A stretch of 64,000 nt of DNA from the human T2T-CHM13v2.0 reference genome, Homo sapiens. This document shows, one piece after another, positions 1 through 13,824 of this stretch. Position 1 is the first letter of the stretch; each line of letters starts with the position of its first letter. Under the pieces are notes generated by a model. The model was given only the letters and a program-made list of their open reading frames with translations. It searched no databases and was not told where the DNA came from. The position numbers were made by a program, and so were the translations under genes. Where the stretch lies: assembly GCF_009914755.1 (NCBI RefSeq), contig NC_060947.1. The stretch is one strand, 5' to 3'.

Positions 1-732
1 GGAATGGCCTTGTGTTTATGCCTGTTTGTCTATTTGCATTATATCTTTGGAATAGATTCTTAGGAAAGAGATTGCTGGTTCCAAGAATTAATGCCTATGT
101 CATTCTATTAAATAGCATCAAATTCCTTCCACAGGGGATGTACCATTTGAAATTACTTCTAGCAATGCATGACAATGCCTGTTTCCTCACAGTCTCTCTA
201 AGAGGAACTCTGCAGGGAGTAAACATCATGTGAGAAATCTGTGAAAACCATTTTGCTAAGTCAGGAGAGTTTGATGTTCAGACTGGGGTCCTAATCCTGT
301 GCTTGTCTTTGAGAACTTGGTCTTTACTCCTATCTCCTGTGGCTCTGGGTCCAGTCCCTCAGCGAAGGAGAGGAGTTCTTACATGAAGCAGAAACTCCAT
401 GTCACCTCAGATGGACACCTCAAATGACTAAATGGAAAAAATCACTCCCTTAGGGATCAGGCAGACTCAAAACAAGTTCAGAAACATACCACTCTGACAC
501 AGTGAAGAGAAACGGAGAAAGTAAAACTTCTACTTTCTACTTGTGAGAAGAACTAAGACTGTAAGCACACAAGTGTTGCCTTGCCCTTTCCTCTCTATGA
601 GTGAGGTAGGTCAGGAGCAGGTAGTAGTAGCCCTTTAGCCCTAGGCAAGCAGACAGAGGCACGGGTTACAAGGTGCCTCAGTTTCCCAAGGTAGCAGTCT
701 CTTTCCACTCAACCATATCATTTTCTATTTAG

Positions 733-1390
<658 letters not shown>

Positions 1391-1536
1391 AGTGAGGTAG
1401 GTCAGGAGCAGGTAGTAGCCCTTTAGCAGTATGCAAGCAGGCAGAGGCATGGGTTACAAAGTGCCTCAGTTTCCCAAGGTAGCAGTCTCTTTCCACTCAA
1501 CCATATCACTTTCTGTTTAGATGCTTGGTGTATTAG

Positions 1537-1930
1537 GCTTTGCAGGTTGTAGCCCCGTGGCTGATCTCATGGGTTGGACTTGACTGCCTGTGACTTCTCC
1601 AGGCTCAGGATATGAGCTGTCCATGGCTCTACCGTTCTGGGGTCTGCAGGGCAGTGGCCCCCTTTTCACAGCTCCACTAGGCAGTGCCCCATTGGGGACT
1701 CTGTGTTGGGTCTCCAACCCCATATTTCTCCTCCACACTGTCCTAGTAGAGTTTCTATACTGGGGGCTCTGCCCCTGTGGCAGGCTTCTGCCTAGGCACT
1801 CAGGCTTTCTAATACATTTTCTGAAATCTAGGGGGAAGCTTCCAAGCCTCCTTAACTCTTGTATTCCATGTGCCCACAGACTTAACACCATGTGGAAGCT
1901 GCCAAGGCTTATGGTGGCTTGCACTCTCCA
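1537..1930 (-). mobile_element. MST/THE1 internal (MaLR-int) fragment
   Basis: CTCCACTAGGCAGTGCCCC..GGGGACTCTGTG..TCCAACCCCA..TTTC and ACCATGTGGAAGCTGCCAAGGCTT motifs. Joins abruptly to L1 sequence at ~1930. Confidence 0.85.
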
Positions 1931-4900
1931 AAATGGCTTGTTACTTCTTATTGGTCATTTCAGGTTTTGGATTTCTTCATGGTTCACTCTTGGTAGGTTG
2001 TATGTGTCTAGGTATTTATCTATTTTTCTAGGTTTTCCAATTTATTAGCATATAGTTGCTCATAGTAGCCTCTAGTGATCCTTTGAATTTTTGCCCTATC
2101 ATTTGTAGTGTCTCATTTTTCGTTTCTTATTTTATTTATTTGGGTCTTCTCTCTTTTTTCTTAATCTGGCTCAAGGTTTGTCCATTTTGTTTTATCTTTT
2201 TTAAAAAACAACCTTTTGTTCATTGACATTTTGTAGTTTTCTTCATTTCAATTTCATTTGTTTCTGATGTGATCTTTATTATTGCTTGCTTGCTTGCTTG
2301 CTTTTTTTTTTTTTTTTGAGACAGGGTGTCTCTCTGTCACCCAGGCTGGAGTGCAGTGGCACGATCTCAGCTCACTCCAACCTCCGTCTCCCAGGCTCAA
2401 GTGATCCTCCTGCCTCAGCCTCCTGACTAGCTGGGACTACAGGCATGTGCCACCATGCCCAGCTAATTTTGTATTTTTTTGTAGGGACAGGGTTTTGCCA
2501 TGTTGCCCAGGTTGGTCTCAAACTCCTGAGCTCAGGTGATCCGCCCACCTCAGCCTCCCACAGTTCTGAGATTACACGCGTGAGCCACTACACCTGGCCT
2601 GTTATTTCTTTTTTCTACTAATTTTAGATTTGGTTTGCTCTTGACTTTCTTGTTCTTTAAGATGCATCATTAGGTTGTTTATTTGATGTTTTTCTTCTTT
2701 TTTGATGTAGGCACTTTTTAACTGTAAGCTTTCCTCTTAGTACTGCTTTTGCTGTATTCCATATGTTTTGACATTCTGTGTTTCCATTATCATCTGTTTC
2801 AAGAAATTTTTCAATGTCCTTCTTAATTTCTTTCTTGACATACTGTTCATTTGGGAACATATTGTTTAATTTCCATGTATTCGTAGTCTCCAAAATTCCT
2901 CTTGCCATTGATTTCTAGTTTTATTCCATTGTGATCAGAGAATATACTTGATATTATTTGGATTTTTTTGAATGTTTAAGACTTGTTTTGTGGCCTAATG
3001 TATCGTCTTTGCTTGAGAATGATTCATGCGCTAAGGAGAAAATTGTACATTCTAAAGTCATTGGATGAAGTGTTCTGTAAATATCAATTAGGTTAATTTA
3101 GTCTGTAGTGCAGATTAAGTCCAGTGTTTCTTTGTTGATTTTCTGTCTGGGTGATCTGTTCAATGCTGAAAGAGGAGAGTTGAAGTCTCCAGCTATTGTT
3201 GTATTGGGGTCTATCACTTCCTTTAGCTCTAGTAATATTTGCTTTATATATCTAGGTACTTCAGTGTTGAGTGCATATATATTTATGGTTGTTATATCCT
3301 CTTGCTGAATTGAATTATGTATAATTATATAATGACCATCTTTGTCTCTTTTTGTAATTTTCATCTTGAAATCTATTTTGTTAGATTTAAGTATTGCTAT
3401 TCTTGCTCTTTTTTGGTTTCTGTTGGCATAGAATATCTTTTTCCATCCCTTTATTTTCAGCCTGTGTGTGTCTTTATAGGTGAAGTGTATTTCTTGCAGA
3501 CAACGATCCTTGGGTCTTGTTTTTAAATCTATTCAGCCATTCTATGTCTTTGATTGAAGAGTTTAGTCCATTTACATTCAATGTTATTATTGATAAGTAA
3601 GGACTTACTTCTGCCTTTTTCTTATTTGTTTTCTGGTTATTTTGTGGTCTTTTCTTCCTTCTTTCCTTCCTTCCTGTCTTCCTTTTAGTGAAGGTTATTT
3701 TCCTTGGTGTTATGTTTTAATTTCTTATCTTTTATTTTTTTGTGTATCCATTGTATGACTTTTGGTTTAAGGTTACCATGAGACTTTCAAATAAAATCTT
3801 GAAACCTATTATTTTATTCTTATGTTTGCAGTATATGCTTGTTTGTGCCCATCTTTCTTGGGAAGGCTTTCCAGGTATTTGAAGAGCCTTGAATGTTGTG
3901 ATCTAAGTTTTTGGTCACTGCAGCCATATCTGCATTGGGACTCACCCCAAGCCAAGTAATACTGTGGTTCTTGCTTTGGTACTGCTTTGGTGTTCTTGAA
4001 TAAGATCCAGAAGAATTCTCTAGATTACCAGGCAGAGACTCTTGTTTCCTTCCCTTACTTTCTCCTAAACAAATAGAGTCTCTCTCTCTCTCTGTGCTGA
4101 GTCCATGGAGCTGGTGGAGAAGTAACACAAGCATTCTGGTGGCCTACACCACTGGGACTGTGCTGAGTCAGATATGAAGCCAGCATAGCACTGGGTCTCA
4201 CCCAAACCACTACCTGGCTACTGCCTATGTTCACTCAATTTCCTAAGGCACTACAGTCAGCAGACAGTGAAGCCAGCTAGGTGTATGTCCTTCCCTTCAT
4301 AGCAGGGAGTTCCCCTGATCCCGAGCAGGTCCAGAAATGCCATCCAGGAGCCAGAGCCTGGAGTCAGAAACCTTAGAAATCTATGTGATGCTCCATTCTA
4401 TTGTGGCTGAACTGGCACGCAAGCAACAAGACAAAATTCATCCCATTCTTCACTCCCCTTTCCACAGGCAGAGGACTCTCTCCCTGTGGCCACCACCACT
4501 GCAGACCCACAGGTGATATTGCCAGGCTACCGACATTGTTCAGTTAAGGCCCAAGGGCTCGTCTGTCAGCTTGTGCTGCATGCTGCCAGGCTTGGGACTT
4601 ACCGTTCAGGTCAGTGAGCTCCCCTTTGGTTCAGGGCAGGTCCAGAAATGCCATCAAAGCCAAGGCCAGGAATCTGGGACCTCAAGAGCCTACCTGGTGC
4701 TCTGCCCTGCTGTGGCAGAGCTGGTACCTAAGCTGCAAGGCAAAGTCCCCTTTACTTTTCCCTCTGCTTTTCTCAAACAGAAGGAGTCTCTCCTCATGGC
4801 CACTACAGCAGGGAAGTGCTGGGTCACACCTGATGTCAGCACATCTCAAGAGTCTCACCCAAAGCCCCCAGTGTGTACTAGGCTACTGTTGCTGATTATT

Positions 4901-5742
4901 CAGGGCCCAAGGACTCTTTAGTCAGCAGGTGATGAATGCTTCCTGGACTGAGTGCATCCATTCAAGGCAGAAAGTTCCCTTCTGGCCCAGGGTGTGTCTA
5001 GAAATGTTCAGGAGCTAGGGCCTGGAATGGGTGCCACAGTACTCTGCCCAGTGTCCTTTCCTGTGGCTGAGCTGGTATCCAAGTTTCAAGACAAAGTCCC
5101 CTATACTCTTTTCTCTCCTTTCCTCAAGCAGAAAGGATTCTCTTTCAGAGCTGAGAGCTACACTGCCTGGGGTTGGAGGAGGGGTGGCACAAGCACACCT
5201 GGCTGGTGTCTCACTGGGTCACATGTCCCCCAAGTCCTCCAGGTCTAGATTGCCTTTTAAGTTTCTTTTGGACCCCCAAGCACTTTAGCCCACAGTGGCA
5301 AGGCTTGGCCGAAATTCATGCTCTGACTGATGGGATGGGTAATTCCCTTCTAGCTAGGGCTGGTCTAAATGCTCCCTCCGTGAGCATTGGTTGAGTTCTG
5401 CCCAATGCTGCTTTCTGCTCTGACAGTGTAGCACTGGGTTCCAATGCAAAGTCCCACAATCACTGTGCTCTCCCTCCCCCAAGCACACAGATTCTCCAGG
5501 CTTCACAGCTGCTGCCAGGGAGTGGGGGAGGGGTGGCATCAGCAATTCAAGACCGTCTTTCTTTCCCTCTTCAATACCTCTTTCAGTGATATGATGTTAA
5601 AACCAGGTAATATGATCACTCACCTGATTTTTGGTTCTTATGAAGGTGCTTTCTTGTGTAGATAGTTGTCAAATTTGGTGTTCCCGCAGGGAGGACAACT
5701 GGTGGAGGCTTCTGTTTAGCCACCTTGCTCTGCCTCCTACCC
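1931..5742 (-). mobile_element. Old L1 (L1PB/L1M-type): 5' UTR plus ORF2 endonuclease region; ORF1 and 3' part missing
   Basis: Minus-strand ORF fragments KRDKDGHYII..NIYALN..IAGDFNSPLS (EN domain) and NTWKLNN..IWNTAKAVLRGK. 3820-5742 is a GC-richer 5' region containing repeated monomers. Confidence 0.85.
2302..2599 (-). mobile_element. AluJ-like, nested in L1
   Basis: Alu dimer with CCAGGCTCAAGTGATCCTCC and GTTGCCCAGG; poly-T plus (TTGC)n tail. Confidence 0.9.
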
Positions 5743-5749
5743 AATATCA

Positions 5750-7130
<1,381 letters not shown>

Positions 7131-8640
7131 TTCATTCCAAAAGAAAATCTGGCATTATGATTTCTGTGATGCAGTATAAGTATTTTGACTTAAGAGTGAG
7201 GAACCCACAAAAGAGTACCCTATCACTATCATAATATTTCAACACTATCATATCATCTAATTGTAGTATATTAGACAGGGTTTGTAGATGATACATTTAA
7301 CCAGACAAATATGACACATTATAATTTCAGATTATTGATTTGCATACTTGGAAATCCCTTCAGAAAGAAATAAAAACAGATAAGATTGAGGTTATTGAAG
7401 TGATCATGAAAAATTATTGTTATCATTCAGTAAACCTACTCACAAAATTCCTTTCACTGAAGCCAAAGTATGGGGTGTAGGGGAAAATGTGTGCTTCATT
7501 TGAAAGCACAATGTTCTATAGCACAGCCTTCATGTCATCAGAGTCTCCAGAATGGATCAAGCAAATAAAGTGTGGAAAGGGTGGTGCAGTAAATTCAGAT
7601 GTCAGATCTAACAAAAGATGGTTCATTCCTATTAATATTTCAGCCTCATAAAGTCTCTTACAATTGATGATTGTAACACATAATTTAATGCCCTGGACCT
7701 CTCTCTACATCTCTAGTTACTACCCTCTTTATATATATTCTCTTCCTTGTAACCAAAGTTCTACAAAAATTATCAATTCTCAACTCATATCCCTCTACAT
7801 CTTCCCCCAACTCAGTTGTCACTCCACTCTAATGGTACTTTGTTCCCCCACCCTTCTACTGAAATGAACCTTGTCAAAGTCAACAACCACATCTTTGATG
7901 CTTTATATAGATCAAGGGTACTGAAATGAACGTTCAAATGGAGACAACATTTTTGTTTTCCAAGGCAGAATTCATCTGCTTGTGTACAGACAAGGATTAT
8001 ATTGCAATGCTGTCATTATCTAAAAGTTAAAGTTGTAAGATAGCTTCCATTCTGGAGAAGTCTAAAACTTAACCAAAGAAATGGTGTACAGTTTGTCCTT
8101 AATGCCTGTTACCTGTATGAATGTATGTATGTATGTATGTATGTATGGAAGCATGATGTGTGAAATATGTGCTGGTAATTCATGGATTTCCATCTTGGAT
8201 CAGTAGGAAAGCAAGATTTACTTGGTTATGGTGTGATGTGCAGCTGAGAGTCACACAGTCTGCACAAGGACATATAGGATACCAGTCTCTACTTTTCCAC
8301 TTAGTAGCAGGATGACCCTCAGCCAGGTTACTTAACCTCCCCATACATTGTTTCTTCAGCTACAAAACAGTGTAGCAATCGTATTCCCTACCCCCCAGAA
8401 AATACATGAGATGAAAAAGTACCAGCATTCAGGAAAGGTGAGTCCCATGGCTCTCTGATCTGAGGTCAGGAGTCCTGCCCTTCTATGGGGCTTCTAACTA
8501 TTCATGTGGCTTTGCAACTTGCCCCTTTTCATCAAAAATAGCTTCTGTATAAGTTTTAATTTGCATTTCATTAGTGAATGTGTTTTCAAATATTTCTTGG
8601 GCATGTGTATTGCTTTTTACATGAATTATCTGTGTATATC

Positions 8641-9160
8641 TGTATTATTTATCTATTCTTACATAACAAATTTCCCCACAATTTCACTGCTTATAACAAA
8701 TATACATTAATTCACACCATTTATTTGGGTTAGGAATAATGGCATGGATAAGATTCTAGCTCAGGGCCTCTCACAAGGCTGCAGTCAAGGTCTAGGTAGG
8801 GGCTGCAGGCATCTCAAGTCTCAACTGAGGGACGATTCAATTCCAAGCTCATTCATATGGCTGTGGGCAGGCCTCAGAGCCCGATTGCTTCTTAGCCAGG
8901 GACATAGATTACTTGCCATGTGGGTAGCCCACGACATGGCAGCTGGCTCTCCTTAGTGCAAGAATAAGAATGTACCCAACAAGCAAGACACAGCCTTAGT
9001 CATTTAATGTGAAAAATGACATCCATCTCCTCTCACATATTCTGTCTACTAGTAGCAAGTCACTAACTCCAGCCCAAAGATGGGACAGATTGCACAAGGA
9101 AGTGACTATCTGGAGGTGACAATCACTGGGGGGAAGTCTTAGAGGCTATCTACCAATGTC
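8641..9160 (-). mobile_element. MLT1-family LTR (degenerate)
   Basis: TGTATT..TATCTATT.CT.CATAACAAATT.CCCCA.AATT start, GGCTGCAGTCAAGG, TCCAAGCTCA.TCA..TGGCTGT. The same element is present at 51794-52295. Confidence 0.7.
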
Positions 9161-10081
9161 ATCATTAGAGCCTCTCTCCATATTGGTTACTAAGAATGCT
9201 TCATATATTATGAGCATCAGCCCCATATAATTTGCAAGTGTTTGCTATAGCCTGCACAGACAACTTTAATGATTTCTTGTGTCATATACAATGTTTTAAA
9301 ATTTTCAATATTATAATTTAAAATATAGCTTATTATATAAATAAATTAAGGAGTACCCTGAGCAGCTTTACATGTGAGTGCTCAGGGAGATTAGAGAACT
9401 CAGATTCCTGGTGGCTTCAGGGCTCAACAGGAAAAGCTTTAGTGAAATTCCAGAATCTATTACTGAGCAGGCATTAACAAAGCAGTTTCTCTGATTTATT
9501 GAACCTCTCCTAATTTCCTATAGCCTGATCTAAAGTATATTTAATAATAGATTACTTGAATAAATGATAAGATTAAAGGAGATACAGCTTATGGTACTTC
9601 TTGCTTGTATTAGTTTTGTCAACATTGATTTCCTACCTTCATGTTATCTGTTCCAGAGGAAAAACCTGTTTTCCTGACTGAGTCCCTTTGCTTCCCACCT
9701 TAAAAGCCAGTCAATTCATGTGGTCCCCATTCCCAGGATTCTTGACCCCAGGCTGCGTATTTCATTCCAACCGTCATCACTAAGAAGGTTTGTTGAGTGA
9801 GTACCCATGGGAGATTGTAAAATGACCAGTCCCTAAGCCCTCATAGCCTATCATCTACACAAGAGGTCACTGGGTATATGCAGTGCTTCTCAACCTTCTT
9901 TAATCATCTTCTTGATGGAGGCCCTTTTGGACATGTTTTTTCTTATATACCCTTTCTGCCCAGAACATGAAATTTTAATACCACAGATGAAGTGTAACTA
10001 TTTATATACTATGGTCTTTGTAATACCACAAACCATTGTAATATCTACCATCCCTCTACCCTCAAGAACCAGTTTTCAACC

Positions 10082-10482
10082 TTTCACTTGCGTCCGTGTG
10101 AAGAGACCACCAAACAGGCTTTGTGTGAGCAATAAAGCTTTTCATTTCACCTGGGTGCAGGCGGGCTGAGTCCGAAAAGAGAGTCAGCAAAGGGAGATAG
10201 GGTTGGGGCCGTTTTATGGGATTTAGGTAGGTAAAGGAAAATTACAGTCAAAGGGGATTGTTCTTTGGCGGGTGGGGGCGGGGGTCACAAGGTGCTCAGT
10301 GGGGGAGCTTTTGAGCCAGATTGAGCCAGGAGAAGGAATTTCACAAGGTAATGTCATCAGTTAAGGCAGGAACAGGCCATTTTCACTTCTTTTGTGATTC
10401 TTCAGTTACTTAAGGCCATCTGGATGTATATGTGCAGGTCACAGGGGATATGATGGCTTAGCTTGGGCTCAGAGGCCTGGCA
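10082..10482 (-). mobile_element. HERV-H 3' LTR7
   Basis: Reverse complement starts TGCCAGGCCTCTGAGCCCAAGCTAAGCC and is preceded by PPT AAGAAGACAGGAA (10483-10495). TATA box mutated to CCCATAAAA. Confidence 0.96.
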
Positions 10483-10643
10483 TTCCTGTCTTCTTATATT
10501 AATAAGAAAAATAAAACGAAATAGTGGTAAAGTGTTGGGGTGGTGAAAATTTTGGGGGATGGTATGGAGAGATAATGGGCGATGTTTCTAAGGCCTGCTT
10601 CGAGCGGGATTAGGGGCAGTGTGGGAACCTAGAGTGGGAGAGA

Positions 10644-11150
10644 TTAAGCTGAAGGAAGATTTTGTGGTAAGGGGTGATATTGTGGGGTTGTTAGAAGAAA
10701 CATTTGTCGTATAGAATTATTGGTGATGGCCTGGATACGGTTTTGTATGAATTGAAAAACTAAACGGAATAGGAGAAGGAGAAAAACAGGTATTAAAGGA
10801 CTAAGAATTGGGAAGACCCAGGACATCTAATTAGAGAGTGCCTAAGGAGGTTCAGCATAGCACTGCCAGCAAAGATTATTTATTTACTTTAAGAGTTAAG
10901 AGTGGCGGTTTGGGGATAGCACCAGGAGATATTAGCTGCGATGGCTTGGAGAAACAGTGTAAACCTGCAGTGTAAAGAGCAGGGCATTTATGAGTAGTTG
11001 AGAACGGTGAATAGGATTATGACTAGACAGAAGATAGTAGGGATGACAAGTTTTTTGGGGCACAGTCCAAGTTGGTCTGGTGTCTGGAATGAGACTGGGG
11101 CCTAGTAAAAAGGAGCATCCATACAGGAGCTCAAATGGGCTGTACCCTGT
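10644..11150 (-). pseudogene. HERV-H env 3' remnant (TM tail)
   Basis: SWVFPILSPLIPVFLLLLF..FQFIQNRIQAITN..PQYHPLPQ. Most of env is deleted; the upstream boundary is approximate. Confidence 0.75.
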
Positions 11151-11899
11151 AGCATTCTGAGGACAGGCCCGAATTCTGAGAAGGGAAAGTGGTAAAAGTA
11201 TTGTCCAGTCCTTTTTAAGTTGGTGGCTGAGCTTGGTGAGGTGTGTTTTTAAAAGACCATTAGTCCGTTCTACCTTTCCTGAAGATTGAGGATGGTAAGG
11301 GATATAAAGGTTTTACTGAATACCAAGAGCCTGAGAAACTGCTTGGGTGATTTGACTAATAAAGGCCGGTCCATTATCGGACTGTATAGAGGTGGGAAGG
11401 CTAAACTGAGGAATTATGTCTGATAGAAGGGAAGAAATGACTGTGGTGGCCTTCTCAGACCCTGTGGGAAAGGCCTCTACCCATCCAGTGAAAGTGTCTA
11501 CCTAGACCAAGAGGTATTTTAGTTTCCTGACTTGAGGCATGTGAGTAAAGTCAATTTGCCAGTCCTGGGCAGGGGCAAATCCCCGAGCTTGATGTGTAGG
11601 GAAGGGAGGAGGCCTGAGAAATTCCTGAGGAGTAGTAGAATAGCAGATGAAACACTGAGAAGTGATTTCTTTGAGCATAGATTTTCACGATGGAAAGGAA
11701 ATGAGAGGTTCTAAGAGGCGGGCTAGCAGCTTGTAACCTACAAGGAAGAGGTTATGAAATGACGACAGAATAGAATGGGCCTGTGAGGCTGGAAGGAGAT
11801 ATTTTCCTTGGTCTAAGAACCATTTGCCTTGTGTGGGAAGAGATTGATAGGTGGAAGTTTTAGTGGGGGAGTAGGTAGGAGTGGCCAGATGAGAAGGAG

Positions 11900-13400
11900 A
11901 AAAACTGCCATGAGGGATAGAAGTTGGAACGCTAGTTGCTTTTTTAGCTATCTTATCAGCATAAGTATTGTCCTGAGCAATGGATCTGATGCCTTTTGAT
12001 GGCTGTTTTTTTAGCTACCTTATCAGCATAAGCGTTGTCCTGAGCGATGGGATCTGATGCCTTTTGATGGCCCTTGCAGTGAATGAGTCTAGCTTCCTTT
12101 GGAAGTAAAGCCGCTTTGAGAAAAGCTTTTATTAAAGAGGGCATTAATGATGGAGGACTCTTGCATAGTGAGGAAATTTTTTTTCCCCATATAACAGCAT
12201 GGTGGTGTAGGATATGGAAGGCATATTTAGAGTCAGTATAAATATTGATGCATAGTCCTTTTGCAAGAGCGAGGGCTCGAGTTAAGGCAATGAGTTTGGC
12301 TTGCTGAGAGGTGGTGGGGGGGCAGAAAGTATATGCGTCAGGTGTGAGGAAGAAAATAGATTTGGGAAGTTTTGAGAACTGTAGAGAGTGAGTTGAGCAT
12401 AGTTTGTGATTTTGAGGGCCTCTAAAAGTATTAAGGCAGCGGCAGCCGCCGCACGCAGACATGAGGGCTAGGGTAAAACAGTAAGGTCAAGTTGTTTATA
12501 TAAAAAGTCTACAGGGCGTGGTCCCGGTCTGTGTGTAAGAATTCCAACTGCACAGCCCTGCACTTTGGCTGTTTGTAATGAAAAGGGTTGGGATGAGTCA
12601 GGGAGAGCAAGTGTGGGGGCAGTTTCTAGGGCTGTTTTTAAGGAACTGAAAGGAGTGGTGAAAGGATTTAGGATCTGTGGGGTCAGCTAGGTTTGCTTTT
12701 GTGAGTTTATATAATGGTTTAGTCAGGGTGGTAAAACTAGGTATCCAAAGGCGGAAGTACCTAACCATGCCTAGGAAGGAAAGGAGTTGTTGTTTTGTAG
12801 AAGGGATTGGGGTTTGGGAGATTAGCCAGACACGATCAGCAGGGAGAGCATGTGTGTTTTCATGAGAATTATGCCAAGATAGGTAACAGATGAGGAAGAA
12901 ATTTGGGCTTGACTGAAGTAATGGGGGCCGTCTGTGAAGCCTTGTGGCAGTACACCCAGGTAAGTTGCTGAGGCTGAAGGGTGTCAGGGTCAGTCCAAGT
13001 GAAAGCGAAGAGTGGCTGGGATGAAGGGTGCAAAGGAATCGTAAAGAAAGCATGTTTGAGATCCAGAACAGAATAATGGGTTGTGGAGGGAGGTATTGAA
13101 GATAGGAGACTATATGGGTTTGGCACCATGGGGTGGATAGGCAAAACAATTTGGTTGATAAGGTGCAGATACTGAACTAACCTGTGAGGCTTGTCTGGTT
13201 TTAGGACAGGTAAAATGGGGGAATTGTAAGGAGAGTTTATAGGCTTTAAAAGGCCATGCTGTAACAGGCAAATGATAACAGGCTTTAATCCTTTTAAAGT
13301 GTGCTGTGGGATGGGATATTGGCATTGAGCGGGATAAGGGTGATTAGGTTTTAATGGGATGGTAAGGGGTGCATCATCCATCACTAAGGGAGTAGAGGTG
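11900..13400 (-). pseudogene. HERV-H pol remnant (RT, RNase H), frameshifted
   Basis: SPYNSPILPVLKPD, YSVLDLKHAFFTIPLHP, QLLSFLGMVRYFRLWIP, NIYTDSKYAF, IHCKGHQKASDPIA. The YxDD region is deleted at ..PHYFSQA|QISSSSVTYLG (~12905). Confidence 0.92.
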
Positions 13401-13402
13401 TC

Positions 13403-13762
13403 CTATACTTGTGGATTAAGGTGGGGAGATACAAGGAGAGGATGTGAAGGAGGCTTTGAACTCGGGGAAAAGGTGGTAATGAGGTGTGGCTGTAGCCTAG
13501 GAATAGTCAGGGAAGCAGATAATTTAGTTAAAATGTTTTGACCTAATAAGGGAGCTGGGCAGGTGGGGATAAATAAAAAGGAGTGCTTAAAAGAGTATTG
13601 TCTAAGTTGACACCAGAGTTGGGGAGTTTTAAGAGGTTTCGAAGCCTGGCCATCAATACCCACAACAGTTATGGAGGCAAAGGAAACAGGCCCTTGAAAA
13701 GAAGGTAATGTGGAGTGGGTAGCCTCCATATTGATTAAGAAGGGTACGGACTTACCCTCCAC
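13403..13762 (-). pseudogene. HERV-H protease remnant
   Basis: EGKSVPFLINMEATHSTL (catalytic DTGA degenerated) ..PTCPAPLLGQNILTKL. Confidence 0.88.
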
Positions 13763-13824
13763 TGTGAGAGTTATCTAAAGCATCTGTGATGGTTCCTGTA
13801 GGCTTCTGAGGCGATCGGGCAGCA

